From Lysobacterales bacterium (GTDB taxonomy: Bacteria; Pseudomonadota; Gammaproteobacteria; Xanthomonadales; SZUA-5), in NCBI GenBank assembly GCA_022844165.1, contig JALHMH010000039.1, positions 1-40,418 on the forward strand: DNA of 40,418 nt, in the 5' to 3' direction. The stretch's first letter is position 1. Each line of letters opens with the position of its first letter. Below, one piece after another: positions 10,738 through 19,775 of this stretch. The notes under the pieces were generated by a model. That model was not told the origin of the DNA, searched no databases, and was given only the letters and a program-made list of their open reading frames with translations. Made by a program: the position numbers and the translations under genes.

Positions 10738-11946
10738 ATGCCTTCTGTCAGCGCATCCCGAATTTTCGCCGCCGGTGAGCGCATCTTCACCGAAGGCGAT
10801 GAACCTGATGTCGCGTTTCTGATTGAGTCAGGTCGTGTCGAAGTTTGGGCGAACCAGGGCGCCAAGCGGCTGACACTGAGCTTTCTGGGTGCAGGTGAAA
10901 TACTCGGCGAAATGGCTGTGATCGATCGTGCGCCCAGAAGTGCCTGTGCGGATGCCATTACCGAAGTGGTGGTCACGGAAATCCGTGCCGATCAACTCCG
11001 CGAGCGACTCGACGAAGCTGACCCGGTTTTACGCAGTCTGCTCATTGGGCTGCTGACCCGCTATCGGCGAGGACTTCGTGCCGCCCGCGTAGGAACCGGC
11101 AGTGCCGAACCGGCTGCGGACGATCAGGCCCAGGAACAACAGCGCAGAATTGCCGACAAGATACGCTTGGAGCGTGAGCTGCTGGAGGCGATCGACAGGG
11201 AGGAGCTGCGTGTAGCGCTGCAACCGATTTACGATCTGGATGAGCAGCGCATCGTCGGATTCGAGGCTCTGGTACGTTGGGATCATCCCATTCGCGGACC
11301 AGTCTCGCCAGCCGAGTTCATCGCCCTCGCGGAGGAAACCTCACTGATCGTTCCCGTCGGTCACTACGCCTTGAGAAAGTCGTGCCAGCTGCTCGCTGAG
11401 CTCGATCAACAACTGCCACCTGAAATTCGGCCGTGGGTTGCTGTGAACATCTCCGCCCGGCAGTCGATCGTGCCTGACTTTGCCGACTTGCTCGCAAGAA
11501 CGGCGCAGGAGTTTGGTTTGAGCCCGCGGCGATTAAAGGCCGAAATCACGGAGAGCCTTGCGCTGGACTACGAGCGAGTCACCGAGTTGATCCAACGATG
11601 TCGTCACCATGGCATCGGGGTGGCGCTTGACGACTTCGGAACCGGTCACTCGGGCCTGGGGCACCTGCATCGCCTGGACTTTGATTCAATCAAACTAGAC
11701 CGGGCATTCGTGACTCCTTTGCCCCAAGACGCCAAGGCAGTTGCACTCGTCCGTGGCATCGCCACGATGCTCAATGGGCTAAATGCGGAAGTCATCGCCG
11801 AAGGCGTGGAAACGCTGGAGCAGGCCAAGGCCCTGCGCCAACTGGGCGTCCGTTACATACAAGGCTGGTTGGTAGGCCGCCCACAAGAACCTCAAGCGGT
11901 CCTCCGGCAGCTGCTGGACCCACCGACCGTGATTCTGGGGCAGTAG
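10738..11946 (+). CDS. Cyclic nucleotide-binding domain + EAL c-di-GMP phosphodiesterase
   Basis: cNMP motifs IFTEGD, IESGRV and GEMAVID..PRSA; EAL motifs QPI, GFEALVRW, VNIS, EITE, DDFGTGHS, KLD, AEGVE and QG. Confidence 0.92.
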   Translation: MPSVSASRIFAAGERIFTEGDEPDVAFLIESGRVEVWANQGAKRLTLSFLGAGEILGEMAVIDRAPRSACADAITEVVVTEIRADQLRERLDEADPVLRSLLIGLLTRYRRGLRAARVGTGSAEPAADDQAQEQQRRIADKIRLERELLEAIDREELRVALQPIYDLDEQRIVGFEALVRWDHPIRGPVSPAEFIALAEETSLIVPVGHYALRKSCQLLAELDQQLPPEIRPWVAVNISARQSIVPDFADLLARTAQEFGLSPRRLKAEITESLALDYERVTELIQRCRHHGIGVALDDFGTGHSGLGHLHRLDFDSIKLDRAFVTPLPQDAKAVALVRGIATMLNGLNAEVIAEGVETLEQAKALRQLGVRYIQGWLVGRPQEPQAVLRQLLDPPTVILGQ

Positions 11947-12068
11947 CAAGAATGCCTTGAACCAGCGAAAAAGGAATGCCGGATGCGTCGGGATAAATCT
12001 GGCAAATCAAGGCTGGCAAAACATGAAGTGGCACCGGCGCCCGTTTCGCAACCCGTTCGACAGCACCT

Positions 12069-13745
12069 TTAAATTTCGAACCCGTAGACAAACATCGAGT
12101 CCGGACCATTCAGATCGAGCACCGATACGCGAATCGGTACATCGGGCAGACCGGATGACGTAACGCTAACGGTAGCAAGGTCGTCCGTCAGATCTGCATC
12201 CGTGGCGACGCTGATACGGACGGCCTGAGGTTGCGACCAATTGCCTGGCGTGAAGGTCAGGGTCGAACCGGAGACGATGCCCACATCGTTGTCGCCCGCA
12301 GTTCTGGCGACGTTGACGGTGACATTCGCCACAGGCGCAATGGCGAGACGAACGGTGGTAACCACTTCACCGCCTTCGTCGGCACGTAGATTCTGGTTGG
12401 CTACCACCAAAGCCTGCACCGTTGCGTTGAACGCTGCCCGGAAGACGTTTGCCGTGCCAACGCCGACGTAGTAGAGCGCGCCATCCGGTCCGACAGCGAT
12501 GTCGACCTGGGACGCGATTCCCGTTGCCCAGTAGTCGGTACTCAAAACCGAATTGGTCACTGGATCGATGCGTGCGCGCATAATGCGGTTGGAATTGCAG
12601 TCGCCATAGAAAAAGTTGCCGCGATAGTCGGCGCTGGCGCCGGTTGCGTCGTAGAACGTACCGCCCGTAAGGCAGCCGCCCTGGTTCAAGGTTGCGGCAC
12701 TGCCACCGCTGCTGGTTGCGTCCGCTCCTGCTTGCTGGGCGGTAAACGTGGTCGACGTCGGCACAGACGCGACATAGAGATTGGACTGATTAAACGACGT
12801 GTTGCCAACGCCGGAGATCGTGAGGTTTCCACCGACGCGAAAACCATGGTTGGCGCTGGTCGTAAACGAAGCGACATTGCCGCTGCGCGTGGCAGAGGTA
12901 ATCGTTCTCGTATCGCTGCTGTTGGTTCGATACACGATCTTGGGCGTGATGAAGCCAGCCGGTTGGTTGTTTTCAAAATCGTTGTATCCGGCGTGATCGC
13001 CGCGTTTGACGACAAACACCTGCTCGTAACTGGTGCCCACGGAATTGACCCAGAGTAGCCCTGTTGACGGCTGCACTGTCAAGGTGAACGGGTTACGCAA
13101 GCCACGCGCGAAAATGAAGTCGTTGTTGGGCCCCACGCCATCGTCGAAGGGGTTATCGCTGGGCAGTGAGCCATCGCGATTCGCCCGCCCGACTTTGGAG
13201 GCCAGCGACGTCAAATTGGCATCGACGCCGGTCCCGTTGCCCAGATCGCCGATCGACCAGTACAACTTTCCATCGGCCGCAAAGCCAACGCCGCCGCCGT
13301 CGTGGTTGGCTCCAACGGTAGGCAGGCCCGGTCTGACAACGGTTCGATTCGTGCCGACGTTGGTGGTTGCATCGTAGTGAATAATCTGCTGCTCGCTATT
13401 GCTGACCGTGACAAAAAAGTAGACCAGTTGATTGCGCGCGAAGTCCGGATCGAAGGCCATGCCGATCAGGCCACATTCGCTATTGGTGAAGATCGGCGAC
13501 ATGGTCGCAAACGTGGACCATGTGGGCGTGCCGCCGGTCAGTGCCCCACCCAGTACGCGAACGCGACCGGTCTTTTCCAAAACGAACAACCGGTCACTGC
13601 CATCCGGCGCCCAGCCCAGACCCGTATGTTGCGAACCATCCGACGAGAAGATCGTTTCGGTCCAGTTGGTATCGATGACCGTTGCCTGGGCGGCTTGCAC
13701 CATGTACATAGTGAGCGCGAGAGGAATATGGCGAGCGCCTTTCAC
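12069..13745 (-). CDS. Secreted PQQ-dependent sugar dehydrogenase-like (GSDH) beta-propeller with an inserted beta domain and a C-terminal Ig/Calx-beta-like domain
   Basis: Signal peptide (AAQA), ECGLIGMAFDPDF, NHDGGGVGF..DGKLY, P.DNPF and GLRNPF motifs; C-terminal TLTFTPGNWSQPQ. Confidence 0.88.
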   Translation of the reverse strand: MKGARHIPLALTMYMVQAAQATVIDTNWTETIFSSDGSQHTGLGWAPDGSDRLFVLEKTGRVRVLGGALTGGTPTWSTFATMSPIFTNSECGLIGMAFDPDFARNQLVYFFVTVSNSEQQIIHYDATTNVGTNRTVVRPGLPTVGANHDGGGVGFAADGKLYWSIGDLGNGTGVDANLTSLASKVGRANRDGSLPSDNPFDDGVGPNNDFIFARGLRNPFTLTVQPSTGLLWVNSVGTSYEQVFVVKRGDHAGYNDFENNQPAGFITPKIVYRTNSSDTRTITSATRSGNVASFTTSANHGFRVGGNLTISGVGNTSFNQSNLYVASVPTSTTFTAQQAGADATSSGGSAATLNQGGCLTGGTFYDATGASADYRGNFFYGDCNSNRIMRARIDPVTNSVLSTDYWATGIASQVDIAVGPDGALYYVGVGTANVFRAAFNATVQALVVANQNLRADEGGEVVTTVRLAIAPVANVTVNVARTAGDNDVGIVSGSTLTFTPGNWSQPQAVRISVATDADLTDDLATVSVTSSGLPDVPIRVSVLDLNGPDSMFVYGFEI

Positions 13746-13838
13746 TGAAGCTTCTCCTGGAGGTGCCTATGGGCCGTCGGGGCTAGATCAGCACGATTCG
13801 TCCGTTAGCGCCGTTTACCCCAAACGAACACGCAGGGT

Positions 13839-15128
13839 TCACTCCGACTCGAATCCACTCGCCTGCAGACCGCCATTGTCGCTGTCCGAGGTGAATTGAA
13901 GCACCGATCCGCCGTTGTTCGTGACGTACACGTTTCCAGACTCGTCCTCGCCGAATCCAATCACGTTGCCTGGCGTGTCCTGCCAGATGTTGACGTTGGG
14001 AATGGCTGGATCCCATACCCCAGCGCTGTTTCGCGAAGAGAAGTAGATTTCACCGGTGCAGAAGTCGGAGCTCATGTGCATGCCGCGCAAGGCAATGATG
14101 GGTCCCCGGTAGCGGTAGCCGCCAGTGATTGAGCAGCGGCCACTAACATGTTGGTATGACTGAAACGGCGCGATGTACCCGGTGAGTGCACTGGCGCAGG
14201 GACCGGTACTGTTGAAAACTACATGGCCTTCAAAACACCGCCAGCCCAGGTTGACGCCCAACGCCCCGGCAGGGATCCGAGTGGTTTCCTCCCAGGTGCC
14301 TTGACCCACATCGCCAACATACATGTCACCATTGGCCCGATCGAAGGTGAATCGGTAGGGATTGCGCATTCCATGGTGAGCAATCTCATCGCAGGTAGTG
14401 GTTGTTCCCACATGCGGATTGTCCGCCGGGATGCTGTAACCCGCGGGCTGGCCTGTCACTGCGGCGCACATTTCGCTGGTCGCGCTGGCCGTGGGCGTCG
14501 GGTCGATTCGCAGAATCTTGCCCAAGAGATAAAACGCGGTCCCTGTTCCGCAGGCACTTGGATTGTTATCGGCGTTCTTTTTCCACAGGCATTGGGCGAA
14601 GCCGTGCGGATCGTTCTGCGGGCCGCCATCACCAATTGACCAATAAAGAAACCCATCAGGGCCAAAGTGCAGATCGCCGCCGTTGTGGTTGCTGGCGATG
14701 TCCGGCACGGAGATGACTTCACGACGAGTGCTCACGTCGGCAACATTGGGGTTGCCTGCCGTGGTCTGAAATTCCACGACACCATGTGCGAACGACACTG
14801 GAATGGTGTACGACAGATAGAACCGACGCTCGTTTACGCCATCATAGTTGGGATGAAAGGCCAAGCCGAGCAAGCCGCGTTCGCCAGCGGTATTTGTGGT
14901 AATCGACACCAAGGGTGTCGCCAACAGCGCCCCGTTCTGATGCACACGAACAACGCCATCGCGCTGAATGATAAAGATCCGATGCGAGCCATCCGCAGCG
15001 TTGCGCACACCAATGGGTGTGCCGACCGTGCCGGCGGCCAGGAACTGAGTCAGCGCCAGATCGCCCGGCGGCGTCTGTGCAAACGCCGATGTCGCCAGGA
15101 GCGAGGTGATGATTGCGATCAAACGCAT
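13839..15128 (-). CDS. Secreted PQQ-dependent sugar dehydrogenase-like (GSDH) beta-propeller
   Basis: Signal peptide (SAFA), ERGLLGLAFHPNY, NHNGGDLHFGPDG, GKILRID, GMRNPYR, GDVGQ..WEE, SITGG and FGEDESG motifs. SD GAGAG. Confidence 0.92.
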   Translation of the reverse strand: MRLIAIITSLLATSAFAQTPPGDLALTQFLAAGTVGTPIGVRNAADGSHRIFIIQRDGVVRVHQNGALLATPLVSITTNTAGERGLLGLAFHPNYDGVNERRFYLSYTIPVSFAHGVVEFQTTAGNPNVADVSTRREVISVPDIASNHNGGDLHFGPDGFLYWSIGDGGPQNDPHGFAQCLWKKNADNNPSACGTGTAFYLLGKILRIDPTPTASATSEMCAAVTGQPAGYSIPADNPHVGTTTTCDEIAHHGMRNPYRFTFDRANGDMYVGDVGQGTWEETTRIPAGALGVNLGWRCFEGHVVFNSTGPCASALTGYIAPFQSYQHVSGRCSITGGYRYRGPIIALRGMHMSSDFCTGEIYFSSRNSAGVWDPAIPNVNIWQDTPGNVIGFGEDESGNVYVTNNGGSVLQFTSDSDNGGLQASGFESE

Positions 15129-15221
15129 GGGTCAGCTCTCTAATCCGCGGAATTGCGGCGAAGCATAACGGTGCTCTATGCACTGAGTTGTGAAGCGCGC
15201 CGGACTTTCTGAAAAAACGGC

Positions 15222-16181
15222 TCAAGCACCGGATATCTTCAGCAAATACGCCACGTACGCCACATATCCGAGCAGCAACAGGGCGCCGTTCCATCGGGTG
15301 ATCTTCAGGCCTATCAACATCATCGGTACGAGGATGACCGAGAACGCGATCATGACGGGAATGTCCAGCCACATCAGTGTTGGGGCAGTCGTCGGCAATG
15401 GTGTGATCACCGACGTAATGCCGAGTACGCAAAGCACGTTGTAAATGTTGGAGCCCAGCACGTTGCCGATGGCGATATCGGCGTGACCACGCCATGCGGC
15501 CATCACGGACGACGCCAGCTCGGGGAGTGACGTGCCAACGGCAACAATCGTGAGCCCGATGACCAGTTCCGACATGCCCCACATCTTCGCCAGCGATACG
15601 GCCGCCCCAACGCACAAATGCGCGCCGCCCATCAGGCCCACCAAACCAAGCACGATCAGGCCTGCTGTCCAGGCCATTCCGCGATGCGTTTTTGGGTTCT
15701 CTTCTTCAAACTCGACCTGGACGGTCTTGGGTTCATCGCGCGAGGTCTTGACCAGGTACGCCATGAACACGCCGAAGCCGGCCAACATCACGAGGCCCTC
15801 CCAACGCACCAACTGACCCATGCTCGCAAGAGCCCACAACAGCAGGCTGACGCCGATGACAATCGGCAACTCAACCCTGACCATTCGCAACTGCACTGCC
15901 AGCGGCGCGACCAGCGCTGCTAGCGCGAGGATAATTCCGACATTGGCAATGTTAGAGCCGACCACATTGCCGATAGCGATATCCGTATTGCCGTCGATGG
16001 CTGCGCCAATGTTGACGGCCAGTTCCGGCGTCGACGTTCCGAAGCCGACGATGACCAGTCCAATGACGAATTGACTGATGCCGAAACGTTCAGCGACGGA
16101 AGAGGCACCTTTCACGAAGAAATCGGCGCCGACCGCCAGAATGGCAACGCCGAGTGCCAGAATCAAAATTTGAATGAACAT
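15222..16181 (-). CDS. Calcium/sodium antiporter (CaCA family, YrbG-like)
   Basis: Two alpha repeats GTSTPE...GNVVGSNIAN and GTSLPE...GNVLGSNIYN; about 10 TM helices. Confidence 0.93.
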   Translation of the reverse strand: MFIQILILALGVAILAVGADFFVKGASSVAERFGISQFVIGLVIVGFGTSTPELAVNIGAAIDGNTDIAIGNVVGSNIANVGIILALAALVAPLAVQLRMVRVELPIVIGVSLLLWALASMGQLVRWEGLVMLAGFGVFMAYLVKTSRDEPKTVQVEFEEENPKTHRGMAWTAGLIVLGLVGLMGGAHLCVGAAVSLAKMWGMSELVIGLTIVAVGTSLPELASSVMAAWRGHADIAIGNVLGSNIYNVLCVLGITSVITPLPTTAPTLMWLDIPVMIAFSVILVPMMLIGLKITRWNGALLLLGYVAYVAYLLKISGA

Positions 16182-16298
16182 CGGAGCCTATGCTCTGGGA
16201 GATCGCCTGAGATTAGCAGACACAACCACGCCCGACGTGCATCAGCCGTGTACACGTTCGCCGACGACGTTCGCCGCCGCATTCACATGATGCGGACG

Positions 16299-16604
16299 CT
16301 ACTGCGGAGCAGCGTCTTTCTTCTTCTCGCCGCAATAGTCGGCCAGGATTTTTTCGGTTTCGGCAATCTGCGCGTCGCGTTCCGCCTTCGACAGCTCGCG
16401 CTTCTTGCCGCCTTCCATGATTTCGAGTTTGTCGGGGCCTTGCAACATCTTCAGGTTCTCGCCATGCGCCTTGCAGCCCGCCCTGCGCTGCGCGTTGATT
16501 TCTGCGCGCTCCTCATCTGACATGGGTTTCGGATTCACGGCCTGCTGCGCAAAAGCATCAGCCGCCAACAACAGACAAATTGCAGCACTGAGTCGAACAA
16601 ACAT
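16299..16604 (-). CDS. Small secreted helical protein resembling the C-terminal half of DUF4124-type proteins
   Basis: SD GGGAG, signal peptide (DAFA), charged helix with a C..xxxNL..L ... C pattern. Confidence 0.7.
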   Translation of the reverse strand: MFVRLSAAICLLLAADAFAQQAVNPKPMSDEERAEINAQRRAGCKAHGENLKMLQGPDKLEIMEGGKKRELSKAERDAQIAETEKILADYCGEKKKDAAPQ

Positions 16605-16776
16605 GGTGATCTCCCGTTTGTGTTTTCGCCGGCAAGCACGCCGGATTGGCGCATGTTACCGAATCTGGGGCGTTGCGGTGAACAACGTTCGTTCCAGAGC
16701 CCTGAGCTAACATAGTGCTTGACAGCGGCGCGCGAACTTGGAAGCGTCGGATGATGCTCGCCCGATGGATCTGCGC

Positions 16777-18066
16777 ATGAGTGTGACCACCGAGCCGCTC
16801 GCGCGCCGACTTTCTGTGATCGGCTTATGGCTGCTGGCGATCAACGGCATGATCGGCGCAGGAATTTTCGGATTACCAGCCGCCGTGGCCTTGTCCGCCG
16901 GGGACTTTGGACCGTGGCTGTTCCTGATCTGTGCGCTACTGATTGCGCCGATCTTGTTGTGCTTTGGCGAACTCGCAAGCGCATTCTCAGGCACGGGTGG
17001 GCCAGTGCTCTACGTCGGGTCTGCGTTCGGTCCCTACGCTGGCTTTCAGGCCGGGTGGGCGTTCTACATTGCCCGGCTGACCGCTTTTGCGGCCAATCTG
17101 AGTTTAATGGTGACTTCGATTGGCTACTTTTGGCCCGCAGCGAGCGGCGGTCATACGCATACGCTGTTGCTCGCCTTGCTCTGCGCGGGCATGGTTTGGA
17201 CCAACGTTGCCGGAGCGCGGACGGCGATGGCTTCTCTTGGTGCGCTGACCGCGCTGAAGATGTTGCCGTTGCTGGCGCTCGCGATGATTGGAATGATCCA
17301 GTTCGATGAGGCTTTGCCCGCTGCATTGACGCCCCCCGACGATCTTGGTGCCGCTTGCCTGTTAGCTATGTACGCTTTCGTCGGATTCGAATCGAGTGTG
17401 GTTCCGGCCGGCGAAGCGCGTCACCCGCAGCGCGATTTGCCACGGGCCCTGTTGGCCGCGCTCTTTGTCTGCGCGTTGTTGTACGGACTGGTGCAGTTGG
17501 CGGCGAGTCATTTGTTGCCAGCGCTGGCGTCCAGCGAGCGGCCGCTAATCGACGTTGGAGACGCGTGGCTAGGGCAGCCTGGCGCGTTGTTCATGGCATT
17601 TGGCATCGTTGCATCCGTGGGCGCGAATCTGGTCGGATCGATGTTCTCCACGCCGCGCGTCAGCTATCGGCTTGCACTCGATCGCCAATTGCCGCAGTGG
17701 TTTGGTGTTGTCCATCGGGTTTACGGCACGCCTTCGAATTCGATTCTCTTTTATGGACTCGCGGCCTTCGCCCTGGCGGCCAGTGGCAGTTTTGTCTGGC
17801 TTGCGGTGATGAGCGTACTGACGCGATTGTTGTTGTACCTTGGCTGCATTGCCGCGATGCCGGCCGTGCGCCGCCGAAACTCGCCGCAATTCCACCTGCG
17901 CGGAGGTCTGCTGGTGCCGATGATCGCGTCGGCAATCTGTCTTGCGCTGCTGTGGCAAGTTCAATGGCGCGCCTATCTTGCGACTGCGGCGCTATTGGCC
18001 GTCGGGACCCTGTTGTACGCACTGGCGGCCCGGAACCGAGTCGACACCTTGCCGCCACGGGCCTGA
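16777..18066 (+). CDS. APC-family amino acid permease
   Basis: INGMIGAGIF, ELASAF..TGG and YAFVGFE motifs; about 12 TM helices. Start is 16765 or 16777. Confidence 0.92.
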   Translation: MSVTTEPLARRLSVIGLWLLAINGMIGAGIFGLPAAVALSAGDFGPWLFLICALLIAPILLCFGELASAFSGTGGPVLYVGSAFGPYAGFQAGWAFYIARLTAFAANLSLMVTSIGYFWPAASGGHTHTLLLALLCAGMVWTNVAGARTAMASLGALTALKMLPLLALAMIGMIQFDEALPAALTPPDDLGAACLLAMYAFVGFESSVVPAGEARHPQRDLPRALLAALFVCALLYGLVQLAASHLLPALASSERPLIDVGDAWLGQPGALFMAFGIVASVGANLVGSMFSTPRVSYRLALDRQLPQWFGVVHRVYGTPSNSILFYGLAAFALAASGSFVWLAVMSVLTRLLLYLGCIAAMPAVRRRNSPQFHLRGGLLVPMIASAICLALLWQVQWRAYLATAALLAVGTLLYALAARNRVDTLPPRA

Positions 18067-18121
18067 GGCAAAATTCGATGGGACCACGAAGCGATGGAGC
18101 GAGCATGGATCGAGGAACGCG

Positions 18122-19654
18122 TCAGCCAGAAACGCGCTTGAGTCGCAGGGGCAGTTCGACGATGAAGGTGGTCCCGACGTTCGGCGCGCTCTCAACCCGT
18201 ATACGGCCGCCGAGTTTCTCGGTGACAAGGTTGAAGACGATGTTGAGTCCCAGGCCGGTACAGCCCTGGCCGCGGCGAGTTGTGTAGAAGGGCTCGAAGA
18301 TCCGAGTAAGGTGCTCGGCGCTCATGCCAACGCCGTCGTCCTTGAATTGAATAAGAACGCGCTCGCCGTCGCGCTGCGCTCGAAGCTGCATCCGGCCGTT
18401 GTTCCGGTCGGCGAAGGCGTGAATCAACGCGTTCTGGACAAAGTTGGTTAACACCTGCCCGAGCGCTCCTGGATAACTATCCAGTTCGATTCCCTCCGGG
18501 CAATCAACTTCAAGCGAAGTTGCCTGGTGCTTCCACAGTAGTCGCAGACTGGGCAACAACTCGGCGATGAATTCGTCCAGCAGAAAGCGTCTGCGATCGT
18601 CTGTCGAGCGATCGACGGCGACCTGTTTGAAGGTGCGGACGAGTTCTGCAGAGCGCTGCAGATTGCGCGCGATCAGGCCCGCCGCCTGATCGGCAAATCC
18701 GCAGAATTCGTCAAGGCCGGTGCGCGTCAGGCGCTGTGCGCAAAGGTCGGTGCGAAACTCGCTGACGCGATGTTGCAGAGCAGTGATTGCGGTAATCGAA
18801 ATTCCGAGCGGCGTATTGACTTCATGTGCGACGCCAGCCACCAGCTGGCCGAGCGCCGCCATTTTTTCCGCCTCGACCAGATCGCGCTGCGCAGCCCGCA
18901 GTTGGTCGAGGGTTGCCTGCAATTCGGCGTGACTGCGATGTAAGGCGTCTTGCGCCTGGCGACGTTCCAGTGCGCCAGCGATATTGACCGACACAAAGCT
19001 CAGTAGCGCCTGATCGCTCTCGGTGTATGTGACGCCCGGCGTGTAACTCTGGACTACCAGCACACCTACAACGCGCTCGCCGGCACGCAGCGGAACGCCC
19101 AGCCAACATTCGCTGGCGGTTCCGATGAGTTCGATTTCGCCGCTGGTGTGCAAGCGCCGGATGTCGTCGCCGTGCAGCAGTAGCGGTTGACCACTGCGGA
19201 GCAGATACTCACTCAAACCGCGGCGCAGACGGCGCGGCTGATAAACATCGCCGGATTCATCGACTTGATAGGGGAAAAACAAACCCTCGCCCGTATCGTC
19301 AATCAAGGCGATGAAGAAATTTCGTGCGATCAAGAGCTCGGCAACAATGCCGTGCAATGCGGCATAAAACGCATCAAGCGATATCGGACTCGCCGTGAGT
19401 TGTGCAATCTTGAACAACGCCTGCTGCACCTTTACGACGCGGTCGCGTTCGGCGACATCGGCGCGCAGTGCCTGAGTTTGCTGTTCGACGCGAGCATCGA
19501 ACAGCATTTGCAATTGCGCGCAAAACGCTTCGATCGTCGTTTGAGCGTTGGGGCTTACGAGCACGGCATCGGCAAAACCTCTGAGTGCCGATTCAAACTC
19601 TGGATCCGCAGCGTTTGAAGGTATCGACGACAAAGTGGTGTGCGATTCTTCCAT
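18122..19654 (-). CDS. Cytoplasmic GAF-domain sensor histidine kinase
   Basis: GAF (WLGVPL...VGVLVVQSY), H-box EKMAALGQLVAGVAHEVNTPLG, N-box QVLTNFVQNA, G1 DDGVG, F box IFEPF, G2 GLGL. No TM segment. Confidence 0.92.
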   Translation of the reverse strand: MEESHTTLSSIPSNAADPEFESALRGFADAVLVSPNAQTTIEAFCAQLQMLFDARVEQQTQALRADVAERDRVVKVQQALFKIAQLTASPISLDAFYAALHGIVAELLIARNFFIALIDDTGEGLFFPYQVDESGDVYQPRRLRRGLSEYLLRSGQPLLLHGDDIRRLHTSGEIELIGTASECWLGVPLRAGERVVGVLVVQSYTPGVTYTESDQALLSFVSVNIAGALERRQAQDALHRSHAELQATLDQLRAAQRDLVEAEKMAALGQLVAGVAHEVNTPLGISITAITALQHRVSEFRTDLCAQRLTRTGLDEFCGFADQAAGLIARNLQRSAELVRTFKQVAVDRSTDDRRRFLLDEFIAELLPSLRLLWKHQATSLEVDCPEGIELDSYPGALGQVLTNFVQNALIHAFADRNNGRMQLRAQRDGERVLIQFKDDGVGMSAEHLTRIFEPFYTTRRGQGCTGLGLNIVFNLVTEKLGGRIRVESAPNVGTTFIVELPLRLKRVSG

Positions 19655-19775
19655 CCGACAAGCATAGCCGGAATGCGCATCGTACCGGTTCGTCAGCGCG
19701 GGTCAGGCTGCGGCCTTGCGCCTTGAGAGCAGGTACTCGGCTGATCAAGCCCGCTTTGCCATGCGCCCATTCCGC

